A DNA stretch of 64,000 nt from Bdellovibrionota bacterium FG-1 (lineage in GTDB: Bacteria > Bdellovibrionota > UBA1018). A program made the translations under genes and the position numbers. The stretch covers positions 32,001-96,000 of the forward strand of contig JBBCAW010000021.1 in the NCBI GenBank assembly GCA_051382295.1. Direction: 5' to 3'. Shown here one piece after another: positions 19,639 to 30,174 of this stretch; position 1 is the stretch's first letter; each line of letters starts with the position of its first letter. The notes under the pieces were generated by a model. That model was not told the origin of the DNA. It saw nothing but the letters and a program-made list of their open reading frames with translations, and ran no database searches.

Positions 19639-21868
19639 GATCGCCTGTATCGGCGTGGTCGTGGCCGAATTGTTTTTGAATAGTGGTTGCGCCAAAAAAG
19701 ATGTGCCTTCAAGCATGGGGATGGCTCTCGGGGGAGGCGATCTGGGTTGTTTGGACCGGGCGGCAGAAAGTGTGCCGCTCTATCTGGCTGGCAAGGCCAG
19801 CGATGCTCAGACCGGCGGAGTTTGGGATTGTGCCATTCAGTCATTGGATCTGTTTGTCGGTCGCACAAGGGGTGAAAATTCCGGGTATTATACGCCAGGA
19901 GAACTTCGGGCGTTTTTGGCAAAATATTTCCTGACTCAGGCTCAGATTTCAGATGGTTTTCTCGCGGAAGTCATGGCGCTAAAAAAAGCCCTCATCGGCG
20001 GTAAGACGGATTCTCTTACCGTGGACGAAATTAAGTCGGTCCGATCTTTCTTGCTGATTTTTAAAGAGCAGTCGCTGCGTTTGCGTTCTTTTATGCCGCT
20101 TACGATCGAAAATGCAAGGAGTCGAACTTACGACGAAATGGGCCAGGCTTCGGAGGCTCTTCAACAGGCGGCACAGGCGCTGGGCAAGGCTCTCGAAAAT
20201 ACCGGAAATCCCTATGCTTTTGACCGAATGAGCGAGTTACTTCGGCAGCTACAGGGGGTTATGAAGACCTCCCAGGTTTTTAATCGGGCTCGTGAAAACC
20301 TCCCCATTCTTAGGGCCGTCAAGGGCAGCGTGCTGGGATCCGAAAAAGATCGAATTGCGGGAAACGAGTGGTCATCGCTGAGTTCGACCCTGGCTCGTGC
20401 CTATGGTCTTTATTTGAAGTTCAATAGCTTAAGCGCTCATAGCGATTCTTACATTCTCGGCTCTGGCCGGGAGCCCTTTGTACAGCTGATCAAAGAAGGT
20501 TTGGGTTTAGTGGAAGAGGCCATCGCTCGTCATCCGCGTGAGCAGTTCACTTTTGAAGAACTCGATTCATTATTAGAAACTTTTTTTCCAGCGGGCTTTG
20601 AGATTAGCGGAGCCGGGACCATTACGCTGGCACACCTTCAGCAGTTTATGAGGCCGTTAGTGCTCCGTGTTTTTGCGGGGGCTGACTCAGGCCTTAAAGG
20701 TCGCGCAGCGGTGGGCTTAACGCGCCCTGTGATTCAAAGAATTTTAGAAGTGCTAGAGCATTGGGCGCAAGGGCAACAGTACCTTGAAACGATTTTCTCT
20801 CAGTCGCAAAAAGAAGCTTTTTCGGAGCAGTTGTTTTCTCGTGCGCGACTTGCAGATCCTGCGCGGCGTCTCAACCAGGTCATAGCCGAGGAGCGACCTT
20901 TCTTTTTGGGTGAAGATACTTTGATCAGCTTTACGGGGTCGCGCGTGAAAGAAAAAGTATCGCTTCATAATCTTTCTGAACGTAATTGGATGTATGAGCT
21001 GGTTCGGTTGGTTGTGCGTGGCTATGCCGAAGATTCGGAACGGGCAGTGAATGTTGATGATTCAGAAACTAAGATGACGTTTGAAGAATTTAATCGTTTT
21101 TGTGAAGATATTCGCGCGGTCGGGGTTGATATCAAGTATCTCGATCCCAATGATCACAAGGTTGCCCAAAAGCGGTTTAGGGAAGCGGCGCTTTTTACCT
21201 ATTCTGGGAATGGCGACGAATTTTTGAGCGTCACCGAAGGGGCCCAGCTTTTGGCACTGATGCTTTCCGCTAAGCGGTTAGCCAATCAAGTTCATCAGTT
21301 CGCGATCGATGCGGGGTGTCCAGTAGGCGAGATGGATCCCTTCAATTATCGTTTAATCGATGCGGATTGTTATCGACGTACTTTTTTTGCTAATGCCGAA
21401 AGATTTTGGGGCAAGATGCCCAATTTACTCAAATATATAAAGGGGTTGATGCCCGCGCAGCGACAGGAGTTGAAACGGGCCATTGAGGATGGCGCCCGCA
21501 AAGGCGGGTACAGCCAAGAGATGATGAACTCGAGTGACTCTGAGGGCTTTGGGATGATCGGGCATTATATCGAGGTGATCTTTGCACGCTATGACCAAGA
21601 CGATTCAGGGGTTTTGGATTGGGATGAAGCCGCCCAGGCCTTTCCGATTTTTAAAAGGTCACTGCGGGAGATGACCTGTCAAACGGGGCATTGTCTGGAT
21701 AGCGATGCAGATTTGACCGCAGTGTTTACCTACTTGCTCGCTCACGGCCATTCCCCGAGTACTTTTCAATTCATTCGGTGGCGGTATTTGCCGATTTTCA
21801 GAGGTTTATTTGCCGACCGAGGTCAGTTGGCGCAAATTTTTGCTTTGTTAGGCCGGCCGTCTCCGTAG
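19628..21868 (+). CDS. Large hypothetical lipoprotein with EF-hand-like motifs
   Basis: Lipobox-like NSGC; DQDDSGVLDWDE and SGNGDEFLSVTE resemble EF-hand loops; 11-nt overlap with the upstream gene. Confidence 0.7.
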   Translation: MFFRIACIGVVVAELFLNSGCAKKDVPSSMGMALGGGDLGCLDRAAESVPLYLAGKASDAQTGGVWDCAIQSLDLFVGRTRGENSGYYTPGELRAFLAKYFLTQAQISDGFLAEVMALKKALIGGKTDSLTVDEIKSVRSFLLIFKEQSLRLRSFMPLTIENARSRTYDEMGQASEALQQAAQALGKALENTGNPYAFDRMSELLRQLQGVMKTSQVFNRARENLPILRAVKGSVLGSEKDRIAGNEWSSLSSTLARAYGLYLKFNSLSAHSDSYILGSGREPFVQLIKEGLGLVEEAIARHPREQFTFEELDSLLETFFPAGFEISGAGTITLAHLQQFMRPLVLRVFAGADSGLKGRAAVGLTRPVIQRILEVLEHWAQGQQYLETIFSQSQKEAFSEQLFSRARLADPARRLNQVIAEERPFFLGEDTLISFTGSRVKEKVSLHNLSERNWMYELVRLVVRGYAEDSERAVNVDDSETKMTFEEFNRFCEDIRAVGVDIKYLDPNDHKVAQKRFREAALFTYSGNGDEFLSVTEGAQLLALMLSAKRLANQVHQFAIDAGCPVGEMDPFNYRLIDADCYRRTFFANAERFWGKMPNLLKYIKGLMPAQRQELKRAIEDGARKGGYSQEMMNSSDSEGFGMIGHYIEVIFARYDQDDSGVLDWDEAAQAFPIFKRSLREMTCQTGHCLDSDADLTAVFTYLLAHGHSPSTFQFIRWRYLPIFRGLFADRGQLAQIFALLGRPSP

Positions 21869-23948
21869 TTTCAGTCTTGCTGATGGTCGCTCGAATCAGG
21901 TCAGAAGCCCAGTGATACGCACTCCGTGAGCGTACTTTAGCGCGCATCGAGGCCATTCGGTTGAACCGTTCCTCAGGAGACAGGAGCAGGGCCGCATGGA
22001 TTGCATCGGCCATCTCTTCAATGGAGTACGGGTTGACGATGAAGGCTTCCGTGAGTTCGCGCGAAGCCCCGGTAAATTTGGATAAGATGAGTGCGCCACG
22101 GTCGGGACGCTGGCACCAGACGTATTCTTTGGCCACGAGATTCATCCCATCGTGAAGTGAGGTCACTAAGCAGATGTCGCCGAGTTGATAGAAATTTTGA
22201 ATTTCCTCCCAATCATGATGAGAGGGGAGGAAGATGATCGGAGGTTGGGAGTAGCGCCCATTGACTCTCGTGACCGCTTTTTCGAGTTGGTCCGCGAGCT
22301 GTTGATAGGCCGGAATTTGGGATCGGCTCGGCGAACCCATTTGCACAAAAGTGAATTTCCCGACAAATTTCGGATATTTCTCGAGAAAACGTTCGACGGC
22401 TTCCACTCTTTCCACAAGACCCTTGGTATAATCGAGGCGGTCGACCCCTACGGCCACCCACGGAGTTTTTATGCCATATCGGATTTTGAGCTGCTCTCTT
22501 TCGACATCGGTCAGAAATTTAACCGGGGTGGTTTCGATTCCAATCGGAAAGGCCCGGATTTCAGTAGAATGGTCTCCCATGGTCACCGAAAAATGCTCGT
22601 AATCGATTCGAGCCTCTAGGTAGCGATTGCAGCTCTCTAAAAAATTATTGCAATGATATTGGGTATGAAAACCAATCACGTCGGCCCCTAGCATTCCGCG
22701 GAGAAGATCCCGATTCCATGGGCAGATACCAAAGGCCTCAGGGTTGGGCCATGGAATGTGCCAGAATAACCCGATTTTTGGCTGGTCGGAACGCGTCCGA
22801 ATCATTCGAGGGAGGAGCGCAAAGTGATAGTCTTGAACGAGGATCACCGAGTCGGGAGCAAGCGAGCGTTCGGGTATCTGGTCGGCAAATTTTTGGTTAA
22901 CGGTTTTGTAATGCTCCCAATCAGGAAGCCGAAAAATCGGTCGGGTGTGGGCATAATGACAAAGAGGCCAAAAGCCCTCATTGGAAAAGCCATAATAGTA
23001 GCCTTTTTCTTCTTCGGGGGTCAACCAAACACGCCTCAGTCGATAGCGAGGGTTTTGGGGGGGCACGGCGACTTCGTTTTGGGCATCCACCACCTGACGA
23101 TCCGCGGAGCCGCTGCCATGGGCGATCCATAAGCCGCCGCATTGCCTCAGAATAGGTTCAAGGGCGGTGACCAATCCGCTCGCAGGTCGGATGACCTGAA
23201 TTTTGTCATCTTGCTGTTGGTGAATATAGGGCTCTCTGTTTGCGATAATCGTGAGTTTTTTGGAGCCCATGCTTTCTTTGAGCTTTGCCAGCCAATCCGA
23301 ATCACGGTGAGTGGAGGTCATCGTGAGCAACTTGTTATGGAGCTTTTTGAGATCCCGTTGAATCCAACCTCGGGTTTGGAGCCAGAAAATAAAAAGCAGA
23401 ACCGAACCCAGGGCCCAGGTGACCCCGAAGCTTCTGAAAAAGGCTTTCATCCACTGGGTTTTCAGGGGAGAGAGATCTTGGGCGATAATGACTGTTAATA
23501 GCTGCGCGCCATTTAACGGGTAGGCGGAGTATTGGAGCAGGCGGTGATCTTCAGAGGAGTGCCAGGTCAAACCTTGAGTGGGCGGCGGGATTTCGCGATT
23601 GAGCGTTTTGTTTTGGCAAATTGCATTCCAATCGGTTCGTCGTGGAAAGGAGATTGAACGTGAGGGATCCCACTGTTTTTTGGAATTGAAGGCACAAATT
23701 CCGAGACTGGTGACGGCCGGGGTCACAATGGAGCTGGCCTCGAACTGCTCTAAATTTTTTGCGATGCGTTCAAAACGGCGAGAATGGTTGTTTGCAAGGA
23801 TTTCGTTCACGAACTCGTGCACAATTGTGGTGGCACGAACTCGTGCTTCGCTCAGAAGTTTTCGTTCCTCGAGCATGCTCTGCGCACCGGCTGAAGCGAG
23901 TGCAGTTAAGGTGACGGCCAAAAGCCATAAGCGGTAGTACCGGTTCAT
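21798..23948 (-). CDS. otsA: Trehalose-6-phosphate synthase (GT20) with an N-terminal TM-periplasmic-TM extension
   Basis: Motifs ANREPY, ASGLVTAL, YYGFSNEGFWPLCH, QDYHF, FWHIPWP, GVDRLDYTKG, DGMNLVAKEY and LSKFTGA. Start placed at ATG 23948. Confidence 0.9.
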   Translation of the reverse strand: MNRYYRLWLLAVTLTALASAGAQSMLEERKLLSEARVRATTIVHEFVNEILANNHSRRFERIAKNLEQFEASSIVTPAVTSLGICAFNSKKQWDPSRSISFPRRTDWNAICQNKTLNREIPPPTQGLTWHSSEDHRLLQYSAYPLNGAQLLTVIIAQDLSPLKTQWMKAFFRSFGVTWALGSVLLFIFWLQTRGWIQRDLKKLHNKLLTMTSTHRDSDWLAKLKESMGSKKLTIIANREPYIHQQQDDKIQVIRPASGLVTALEPILRQCGGLWIAHGSGSADRQVVDAQNEVAVPPQNPRYRLRRVWLTPEEEKGYYYGFSNEGFWPLCHYAHTRPIFRLPDWEHYKTVNQKFADQIPERSLAPDSVILVQDYHFALLPRMIRTRSDQPKIGLFWHIPWPNPEAFGICPWNRDLLRGMLGADVIGFHTQYHCNNFLESCNRYLEARIDYEHFSVTMGDHSTEIRAFPIGIETTPVKFLTDVEREQLKIRYGIKTPWVAVGVDRLDYTKGLVERVEAVERFLEKYPKFVGKFTFVQMGSPSRSQIPAYQQLADQLEKAVTRVNGRYSQPPIIFLPSHHDWEEIQNFYQLGDICLVTSLHDGMNLVAKEYVWCQRPDRGALILSKFTGASRELTEAFIVNPYSIEEMADAIHAALLLSPEERFNRMASMRAKVRSRSAYHWASDLIRATISKTETTETAGLTKQKFAPTDLGRQINL

Positions 23949-24085
23949 GCGGCGGGCATAAAATTGCAACCCGCGTGCCACCCGAGCACGCCTCAGTATC
24001 GAAAAGCGCAAGGCGCATTACTGGCAGAAATTATGGCCTCAGTCTTGCTGATGGTTCCTAAGAGCAAATGAGAAGCGGGTGACCC

Positions 24086-25882
24086 ATGTCTCAGATGGAC
24101 TACGGCATAATTGGAAATTGCCAGATTTCGGCGTTATTGGAAAAAAGCGGAAAAATTGTTTGGTGTTGTATGCCCAAATTTGATGCTCCCTCCGTCTTTG
24201 CCTCGCTTTTGGATTCGCGGCAGGGAGGCTTTTGGAGTATTGAGCCGGCGGTTGATGGCGTTCTCGGACCCTGGGAAACAAAACAGCATTATATGCGCAA
24301 CACCAATGTGCTGGTTACCACCCATACCGGGCCTCAAGATGAACAATTTGAGACGATTGATTTTGCCCCCAGGTTCCAGATGAGTAGTGATGAATTTTAT
24401 CGACCGCCCCAAATTGTCCGGGTACTCAGGCCTTTGCGAGGGATCCCTCGGGTGGTGGTCCGATGCCGTCCCCGTCCGGGTTATGGTAAAGAGAATCCAC
24501 GGATCGTGAACTTAGGCTCGGCGATCGAGTATCGAAGTGAAAACCAGGAAGTCTTTTTTCTTTCAACGGATGCCTCGATTACTTACGTTTTGAATGAGAT
24601 TCCTTTTGAACTCAAGGAATCCCGGGATTTTGTTTTTTCTTATGGTGCTCCTTTTGCCGGGCGCATTCAATTTGAAGCCCAAGAGCAACTCGACCGGACT
24701 CTGGCCTATTGGCGGGGTTGGGCTAAAAATTGTAATATTCCTTTTGAATTTCAGAACGAAGTGCTGCGGTCAGCGCTGGCCCTTAAATTACACATTTTTG
24801 AGGATACGGGGGCCATCATCGCGGCCTCGACAACTTCGATACCCGAGGGGCCAGAACATGGACGAACGTGGGATTATCGCTATTGCTGGCTGCGCGACGC
24901 TTATTTCGTGGTAACCGCGCTGAATCAACTCGGACACTTTGAGGAGATGGAGTCGTTCATCCGGTATCTTCAAAATCTCGCATCCAGTGAACCCTCTGGG
25001 GTTCTGCAGCCGGTCTATGGGATCGGGGGCGAAAAGGAGCTTTTGGAGCAAGAGCTTCCCTGGCTTTCCGGATTCCGTGGCTTCGGTCCAGTTCGAGTGG
25101 GAAATTCCGCCTGGAAAATGGAACAACACGATGTCTATGGGGAGATGGTCTTGGCCATTACCCCTGCATTTTTTGATCGGCGGTTGGACCGAACGGACCA
25201 GGAGCAGGCCTTAAAAAATGTTCGAAACTTGATTCAGCAAGCGATTATTACCTTCGAAAAGCCAGATGCCGGAATTTGGGAGTTCAGAGGGACGATGAAG
25301 CACTCGGTATTTTCAAAGTTGATGAATTGGGCGGCTGTTGACCGGGGAGTCCGCATTGCTGGACATGTGGGTCGGCATGATTGGGTGGCTGAATGGGGTC
25401 CGATTCGAGAACGAATGAGAATTGAAATCGAGACGCGAGCCTGGTCTGAAAAAGAGCAGATCTATGCTCAAACCTACGAGTCAGAAAGTCCCGATGCCGC
25501 CAATCTGCTTTTTCCAGCGGTAAATTTTATGTCATTTTCCAACGAGCGTTTCCAAAAAATGTTGGAGGTTTATCACGAAAAACTTCGCTACGGCCGAGGA
25601 GTCTATCGATATCGCACGCCGGATGATTTTGGCGTGCCGAAGACAACCTTTACCGTATGTGCTTTTTGGATGGCGGATGCGTTATGGGGAGCGGGCCGCA
25701 AGGCCGAGGCGCGTGAATTATTTTCGGCCGTGACTCATAAAGTGAATCATCTGGGGTTGCTGTCGGAGGATATGGATCCTGAAACAGGGGAGCTTTGGGG
25801 AAATTTTCCGCAAACTTACTCACACGTGGGGTTGATCAATACGGCCTGGAAAATTTCACAGTCCTGGGATGATGCATTTTGA
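24086..25882 (+). CDS. Glycoside hydrolase family 15 (trehalase/glucoamylase-like)
   Basis: Motifs DYGIIGNC, WDYRYCWLRD, QHDVYGE, GIWEFRG, LLSED and GNFPQTYSHVGLI. Confidence 0.93.
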   Translation: MSQMDYGIIGNCQISALLEKSGKIVWCCMPKFDAPSVFASLLDSRQGGFWSIEPAVDGVLGPWETKQHYMRNTNVLVTTHTGPQDEQFETIDFAPRFQMSSDEFYRPPQIVRVLRPLRGIPRVVVRCRPRPGYGKENPRIVNLGSAIEYRSENQEVFFLSTDASITYVLNEIPFELKESRDFVFSYGAPFAGRIQFEAQEQLDRTLAYWRGWAKNCNIPFEFQNEVLRSALALKLHIFEDTGAIIAASTTSIPEGPEHGRTWDYRYCWLRDAYFVVTALNQLGHFEEMESFIRYLQNLASSEPSGVLQPVYGIGGEKELLEQELPWLSGFRGFGPVRVGNSAWKMEQHDVYGEMVLAITPAFFDRRLDRTDQEQALKNVRNLIQQAIITFEKPDAGIWEFRGTMKHSVFSKLMNWAAVDRGVRIAGHVGRHDWVAEWGPIRERMRIEIETRAWSEKEQIYAQTYESESPDAANLLFPAVNFMSFSNERFQKMLEVYHEKLRYGRGVYRYRTPDDFGVPKTTFTVCAFWMADALWGAGRKAEARELFSAVTHKVNHLGLLSEDMDPETGELWGNFPQTYSHVGLINTAWKISQSWDDAF

Positions 25883-25911
25883 GAGAGGGGCGTTTTAAGA
25901 AAGGGAAAGTC

Positions 25912-26289
25912 ATGAGGCTCATGGTGGCAGGAATTTGGATCTTAGGTGGGGCACTCGCAATGGAGGCCGGCGGGGGGCCGTTGAGGCGAGTTTATCAGAT
26001 TTCTGGAATGGTCGAGCAGGTGAGTGAAACCGAGATCGGCGTGCGCCAGGGCTCGGAGATTCTTTGGTTTGAAAAACAAGAGGAGCCGCCTCAGACGGAC
26101 GAGGCGCTTGAGAGCATGAAACCGGGAGACTCGGTGACCATATGGTATAAAACCCAGGTGCTCCGAACCCGGGTTGAAAAAAAATCACGTCAACAGCCCG
26201 GAACGCGCGCGCCCAAAAAAGGCGTCCTAGATGATCGGGCTTTTTATCACGCCAGGGGTAAGCGAATCACGAATCGTGTATTGGCGTAA
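25912..26289 (+). CDS. Hypothetical secreted protein (possible OB-fold)
   Basis: Signal-like N-terminus and MKPGDSVTIWY motif; start uncertain. Confidence 0.55.
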   Translation: MRLMVAGIWILGGALAMEAGGGPLRRVYQISGMVEQVSETEIGVRQGSEILWFEKQEEPPQTDEALESMKPGDSVTIWYKTQVLRTRVEKKSRQQPGTRAPKKGVLDDRAFYHARGKRITNRVLA

Positions 26290-27413
26290 TCGCGGTCTAG
26301 GCTTAAAGATCCCCCGTTTTCCTCGAGAACTTGACGCGCGATACTCAATCCAAGCCCAGTGCCTTGGCCTAGGCCTTTGGTCGTGTAGAAGGGTTTAAAA
26401 ATTTTTTCAGCTAGTTCTTCTGAAATACCATTGCCGGAGTCTGTCACGAATAAGGCTAACTGATTTTTTTCTGGCGTGATTTCAATTTGGATCCACCTGG
26501 GTTGAGGTTTTGGAAGCTCTGAAAGTGCATCAACGGCGTTATTGAGAAGGTTAAGAAACGCCTGTGAAAGCTGGACGGGTCTGCCGCGGATTAAGGGACA
26601 TTGAGTAGGAATATGAGTTTCGATCTTAATCGAAAAATGCCTCAGCCGTTCTTCGCAAAAATCGATGGTTTCGCGCACTATTGAGGAGGGATTAAAATCA
26701 ATGAGTGGGTCTTTTTGGCCGTCCCGACTTGTGGTTTTGAGGCCCGCTAAGACTCGGCTGATTCGATCAATGGTTGCATTGATTTTACTGGCAGAATCCA
26801 AAATATCTTCGATATCCTGCGGGTTTTTTTTGAGGCGGGTCTCGATCAAATAAGCATGATTTTTTAAAACGGTGAGTGGATTATTCAGCTCGTGGACAAT
26901 ATTGGCGGTCATTTGCCCCAGGGCGGCCAAACGTGCTGAGGCGATCAGGGGAAGAACATGGTCCGTCGTGGCCTTAAGTTTATGGTTCAGGCTTTTGGCT
27001 ATCCCTCGATAGATTTTTACGCCTAAGGCTGGATTTTTCTCCACCAGCCGCTCTAAGTCGTCGTATCGGAGTTCGAGAATACGACAATGATTTTGCGCAA
27101 CCACGCCTGCTGTTCTCAGAAAACTTTGTTTTTTTTCTGAAGGCTTTCGTTCGGCGAAAGCCATTTCGCCAAAAACGGAGCCTTCGTCCAACTCCGTGAT
27201 TCGAGAAAGTTGGCCGTTGGTACTGTTTCGCAAGATTTCGACACTGCCTTCTTCCAGAACAAAAAGCGAATAAGCGTGATCGCCTTCATAGATGAGCACT
27301 TCGCCGGGGGCCACGTTTCTTTCTTGAATGAGCTGAGCGACCGAGGTAATTTCGCCGAGGGTGAGGTCTGAAAAAATTTGCGCGTGTTGAAGGGCTTCTA
27401 CGGGGTTCATCAT
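26247..27413 (-). CDS. Cytoplasmic sensor histidine kinase with an N-terminal cyclic-nucleotide-binding domain
   Basis: cNMP domain (GSVFGEMA...RTAGV), H-box HELNNPL, N-box NLLNNAVDA and G-boxes DSGNG/FYTTK/GTGLGL. Confidence 0.92.
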   Translation of the reverse strand: MMNPVEALQHAQIFSDLTLGEITSVAQLIQERNVAPGEVLIYEGDHAYSLFVLEEGSVEILRNSTNGQLSRITELDEGSVFGEMAFAERKPSEKKQSFLRTAGVVAQNHCRILELRYDDLERLVEKNPALGVKIYRGIAKSLNHKLKATTDHVLPLIASARLAALGQMTANIVHELNNPLTVLKNHAYLIETRLKKNPQDIEDILDSASKINATIDRISRVLAGLKTTSRDGQKDPLIDFNPSSIVRETIDFCEERLRHFSIKIETHIPTQCPLIRGRPVQLSQAFLNLLNNAVDALSELPKPQPRWIQIEITPEKNQLALFVTDSGNGISEELAEKIFKPFYTTKGLGQGTGLGLSIARQVLEENGGSLSLDRDYANTRFVIRLPLA

Positions 27414-27478
27414 TTTAAAATGTTCGTATGATCTATGGAGTTTGTCAAATGAGGGGAGTTCGGCTATAAGCGCCTGAT

Positions 27479-28303
27479 ATGTCTAAGAATCCGAGTGCCG
27501 ATTGGGCTCCCCTAGTTCGCAAGCAGTGGGTTTCGGCTTGTCATTTCCATGATTTAAGCGAGACGGAGGTTTTGCACGAGGTCGCTCGCCGGGTCATTGA
27601 GGTCAACTCTAAGGCTGAAGGGCGCAAACAGGCACATCCTTTAGTGTTGCTGGATTTGGATTCGACCCTCTACGAGGTGGGACCGCGCACTTATCGAATT
27701 TTGTGCGAGTGGATGGATCTCTCCTCCTCGCAACAGTTTCCGGGTGTTTGCAGGGCTCTTCAAGAGGCTGAGCCTTGGCATGTGGGTTATTCAGTCAAGG
27801 ACACGTTAGAGGCGGTTGGCTTAGATGTTCTTGATCCTGAGGTGGCGGCCGCGCTACCGGAGATCAAGGCGTTTTGGGTAGAACGGTTTTTTACGAGCAC
27901 TTATTTGCACTACGATCATGCTTATCCAGGGGCGCCTGAGTTTACACGCAAGGTCCACGCGCTGGGGGCCGAGATTGTTTACCTCACGGGTCGGGATGAG
28001 CCGGGAATGGGGGAGGGAACTCGCGCGAATCTTTTGCGGGATGGGTTTCCTTGGCAAATGGATCGAACCCATTTATTGATGAAGTCTGCGGCCCATGTGG
28101 CTGATTTGGATCACAAAAAAGATGCCGCTCACTATATTCGAGAGCACGGGACGTTGGTGGCTTCTTTTGAAAATGAGCCGCCCAACTTAGTTGCATTGGC
28201 CGAGATTTTTCCGGATGCGATGCATGTTTTTGTCGATACGGTTTGCAGCGAGCATCCCACAAAAGCCTATGAGGGTCTTTATCGGATCGGAAGTTTTTTC
28301 TGA
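27479..28303 (+). CDS. HAD-superfamily hydrolase
   Basis: Motif I DLDSTL, motif II YLTGR and FENEP. Confidence 0.8.
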   Translation: MSKNPSADWAPLVRKQWVSACHFHDLSETEVLHEVARRVIEVNSKAEGRKQAHPLVLLDLDSTLYEVGPRTYRILCEWMDLSSSQQFPGVCRALQEAEPWHVGYSVKDTLEAVGLDVLDPEVAAALPEIKAFWVERFFTSTYLHYDHAYPGAPEFTRKVHALGAEIVYLTGRDEPGMGEGTRANLLRDGFPWQMDRTHLLMKSAAHVADLDHKKDAAHYIREHGTLVASFENEPPNLVALAEIFPDAMHVFVDTVCSEHPTKAYEGLYRIGSFF

Positions 28304-28755
28304 AGAACTTGGGTTCGCATTTCATCTTTGTAACGAACAATCCGGTCTAGAATAGCTGGATCTCCGGAACCTAAAATCTGGGCGGCAAGGATGCCGGCAT
28401 TCCAGGCGTTTCCGATCGCCACCGTGGCCACCGGGACTCCCTTAGGCATTTGGACCATTGAAAAAAGGGCGTCCTGACCTTGAAGTGGACCAATGGGAAC
28501 AGGCACGCCAATGACTGGAAGTTCTGTATAGGCTGCAATGACCCCAGGCAGGTGCGCGGCCCCCCCGGCTCCTGCAATAATAACGCGAATCCCCCGCGTG
28601 CGAGCATTTTGGGCAAACAGGGCGGCCTCGTGAGGCGTGCGATGGGCCGAGAGCACTGAAAGCTCATGAGCGATTGAAAGGTGATCGAGCGCTTCGGCGG
28701 CGGCCTTCATGATCGGAAAGTCCGAGTCGCTTCCCATTATAATCGAAACACGCAT
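28279..28755 (-). CDS. purE: N5-CAIR mutase PurE
   Basis: Motifs IMGSDSD, SAHRTP, AGAGGAAHLPG and VQMPKGVPVATV. Confidence 0.97.
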   Translation of the reverse strand: MRVSIIMGSDSDFPIMKAAAEALDHLSIAHELSVLSAHRTPHEAALFAQNARTRGIRVIIAGAGGAAHLPGVIAAYTELPVIGVPVPIGPLQGQDALFSMVQMPKGVPVATVAIGNAWNAGILAAQILGSGDPAILDRIVRYKDEMRTQVLQKKLPIR

Positions 28756-28788
28756 GGAGGGCTCCTTTGCTGGTGAATGAGGGGATGG

Positions 28789-30174
28789 TTATTGAAAAAC
28801 TTTACTCATCCAAGCTTGCCAGTGTCCACCCATTTGCTGATAAAAAAGCGAGGGTTGAAAAATTTTGAGCCGATTTTGAAGGTCTTTGGCCGATCCTGGA
28901 AGCCATACGGCGAGACCTTTGTATCTGAGAAGGTAAAGGTCAGGTTCAGTGCCTGTATAATGGCTGCCCAACGCATAGGACACAACGGTTCGGTCGAGTG
29001 CGGCTAGGGCTCCGTTCGTGGCTTGTGCAAGTGACAATGAATGCGGGCCTTCATCGCGCACCATTTGTTGCATTAAAGTCAAAAACCCCCCTAGCTCTTG
29101 CGATCCTCCGGCATAAGCGGGGGCCGCGTGTAACGTATTTTCGATCGAGATCGCCCGCAGCGGGTCTTCGTCCAGGTAGCGGTTCAAAGCGCTGGCAAAA
29201 ATCTTGAGAGCGGGAAGTAGGGAGTAGGTGAGTTCATCGCTGGCCACTGAACTGAGGGTGGCGGTTTGATTGGCGGCCGGTAAATGACGCCCGTGAAGGC
29301 CGTTTTCAGCTACGGACATTTTAAAAAGTTTTGGCAGAATTCGTGCCAGTAAAAAGGCCTCGTCTTGGGCGAGCGAACTCCCTGCAAGGCTAGGACTGGA
29401 TCGTTCATTTAAAAAACGTCCCGTATTAATTTCGAACATCATACGTCGATAGGGGAAACCCAAAAAGTTTTGGATTTGTGAGGATCCGATCACAAAGCGG
29501 GTGACATCTGAAATTTCAGTACTGACTTCGATCGTTTGCATCAGACAGGCATCCGAAGCATAGAGGTCAATGCGTTTTCCTCCTAACGTATTTTGCTCAG
29601 CATCTAAAAGCGCATCGTGAAGTTGCTGAATGCTCAAAAATTCAGCTTGATTTTTTGAATAGGCCAAACCGGCATAGCCTTGACCATGGCCCCATACAAT
29701 GACCAGCGTGTGCTCGGCTGGATAGTGTTGAAGCCCCCATTCTAAAAAACCTTCAAAGTCGTCTGCCACCGAAATCGGTGCGCCGGCGGAGGTCGTGAGC
29801 GAAACCTTGGCGACAAGGGGGGATTGGATATCTCTGGGTGATCGACTCGAAAAATCTTCGAGTTTGAGATTCGCGCGATAAGGAGCGGCTGCCTGCGTGA
29901 TGTGGAAACGCAGACCCTCTTTGGCTTCGGGGGTATTGAGTTGCACCACCATGTCAGCTCGCGCGGTCGATCCGGCGGCAATCCGACCACTTTCGTAACC
30001 CGCCTCCATCTCGTACAAGTCCCAGTAAGCATAGGGCAAAAGTTCATTGTCCGCAGCCATGTAGATCAACACGCTCCATGGCTTTCGCGCTTGTGCGCCT
30101 TGAGCGAGTGGTCCACACCAGACGACGAAAACAAGAATCGCGAACGCGAAACGCAGGCCGTTCTGGATAGTCAT
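28789..30174 (-). CDS. Clostripain-related cysteine peptidase (family C11), secreted
   Basis: WSVLIYMAADNEL, YPAEHTLVIVWGHGQG (His) and DACLMQTIEV (Cys); signal peptide. Confidence 0.88.
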   Translation of the reverse strand: MTIQNGLRFAFAILVFVVWCGPLAQGAQARKPWSVLIYMAADNELLPYAYWDLYEMEAGYESGRIAAGSTARADMVVQLNTPEAKEGLRFHITQAAAPYRANLKLEDFSSRSPRDIQSPLVAKVSLTTSAGAPISVADDFEGFLEWGLQHYPAEHTLVIVWGHGQGYAGLAYSKNQAEFLSIQQLHDALLDAEQNTLGGKRIDLYASDACLMQTIEVSTEISDVTRFVIGSSQIQNFLGFPYRRMMFEINTGRFLNERSSPSLAGSSLAQDEAFLLARILPKLFKMSVAENGLHGRHLPAANQTATLSSVASDELTYSLLPALKIFASALNRYLDEDPLRAISIENTLHAAPAYAGGSQELGGFLTLMQQMVRDEGPHSLSLAQATNGALAALDRTVVSYALGSHYTGTEPDLYLLRYKGLAVWLPGSAKDLQNRLKIFQPSLFYQQMGGHWQAWMSKVFQ

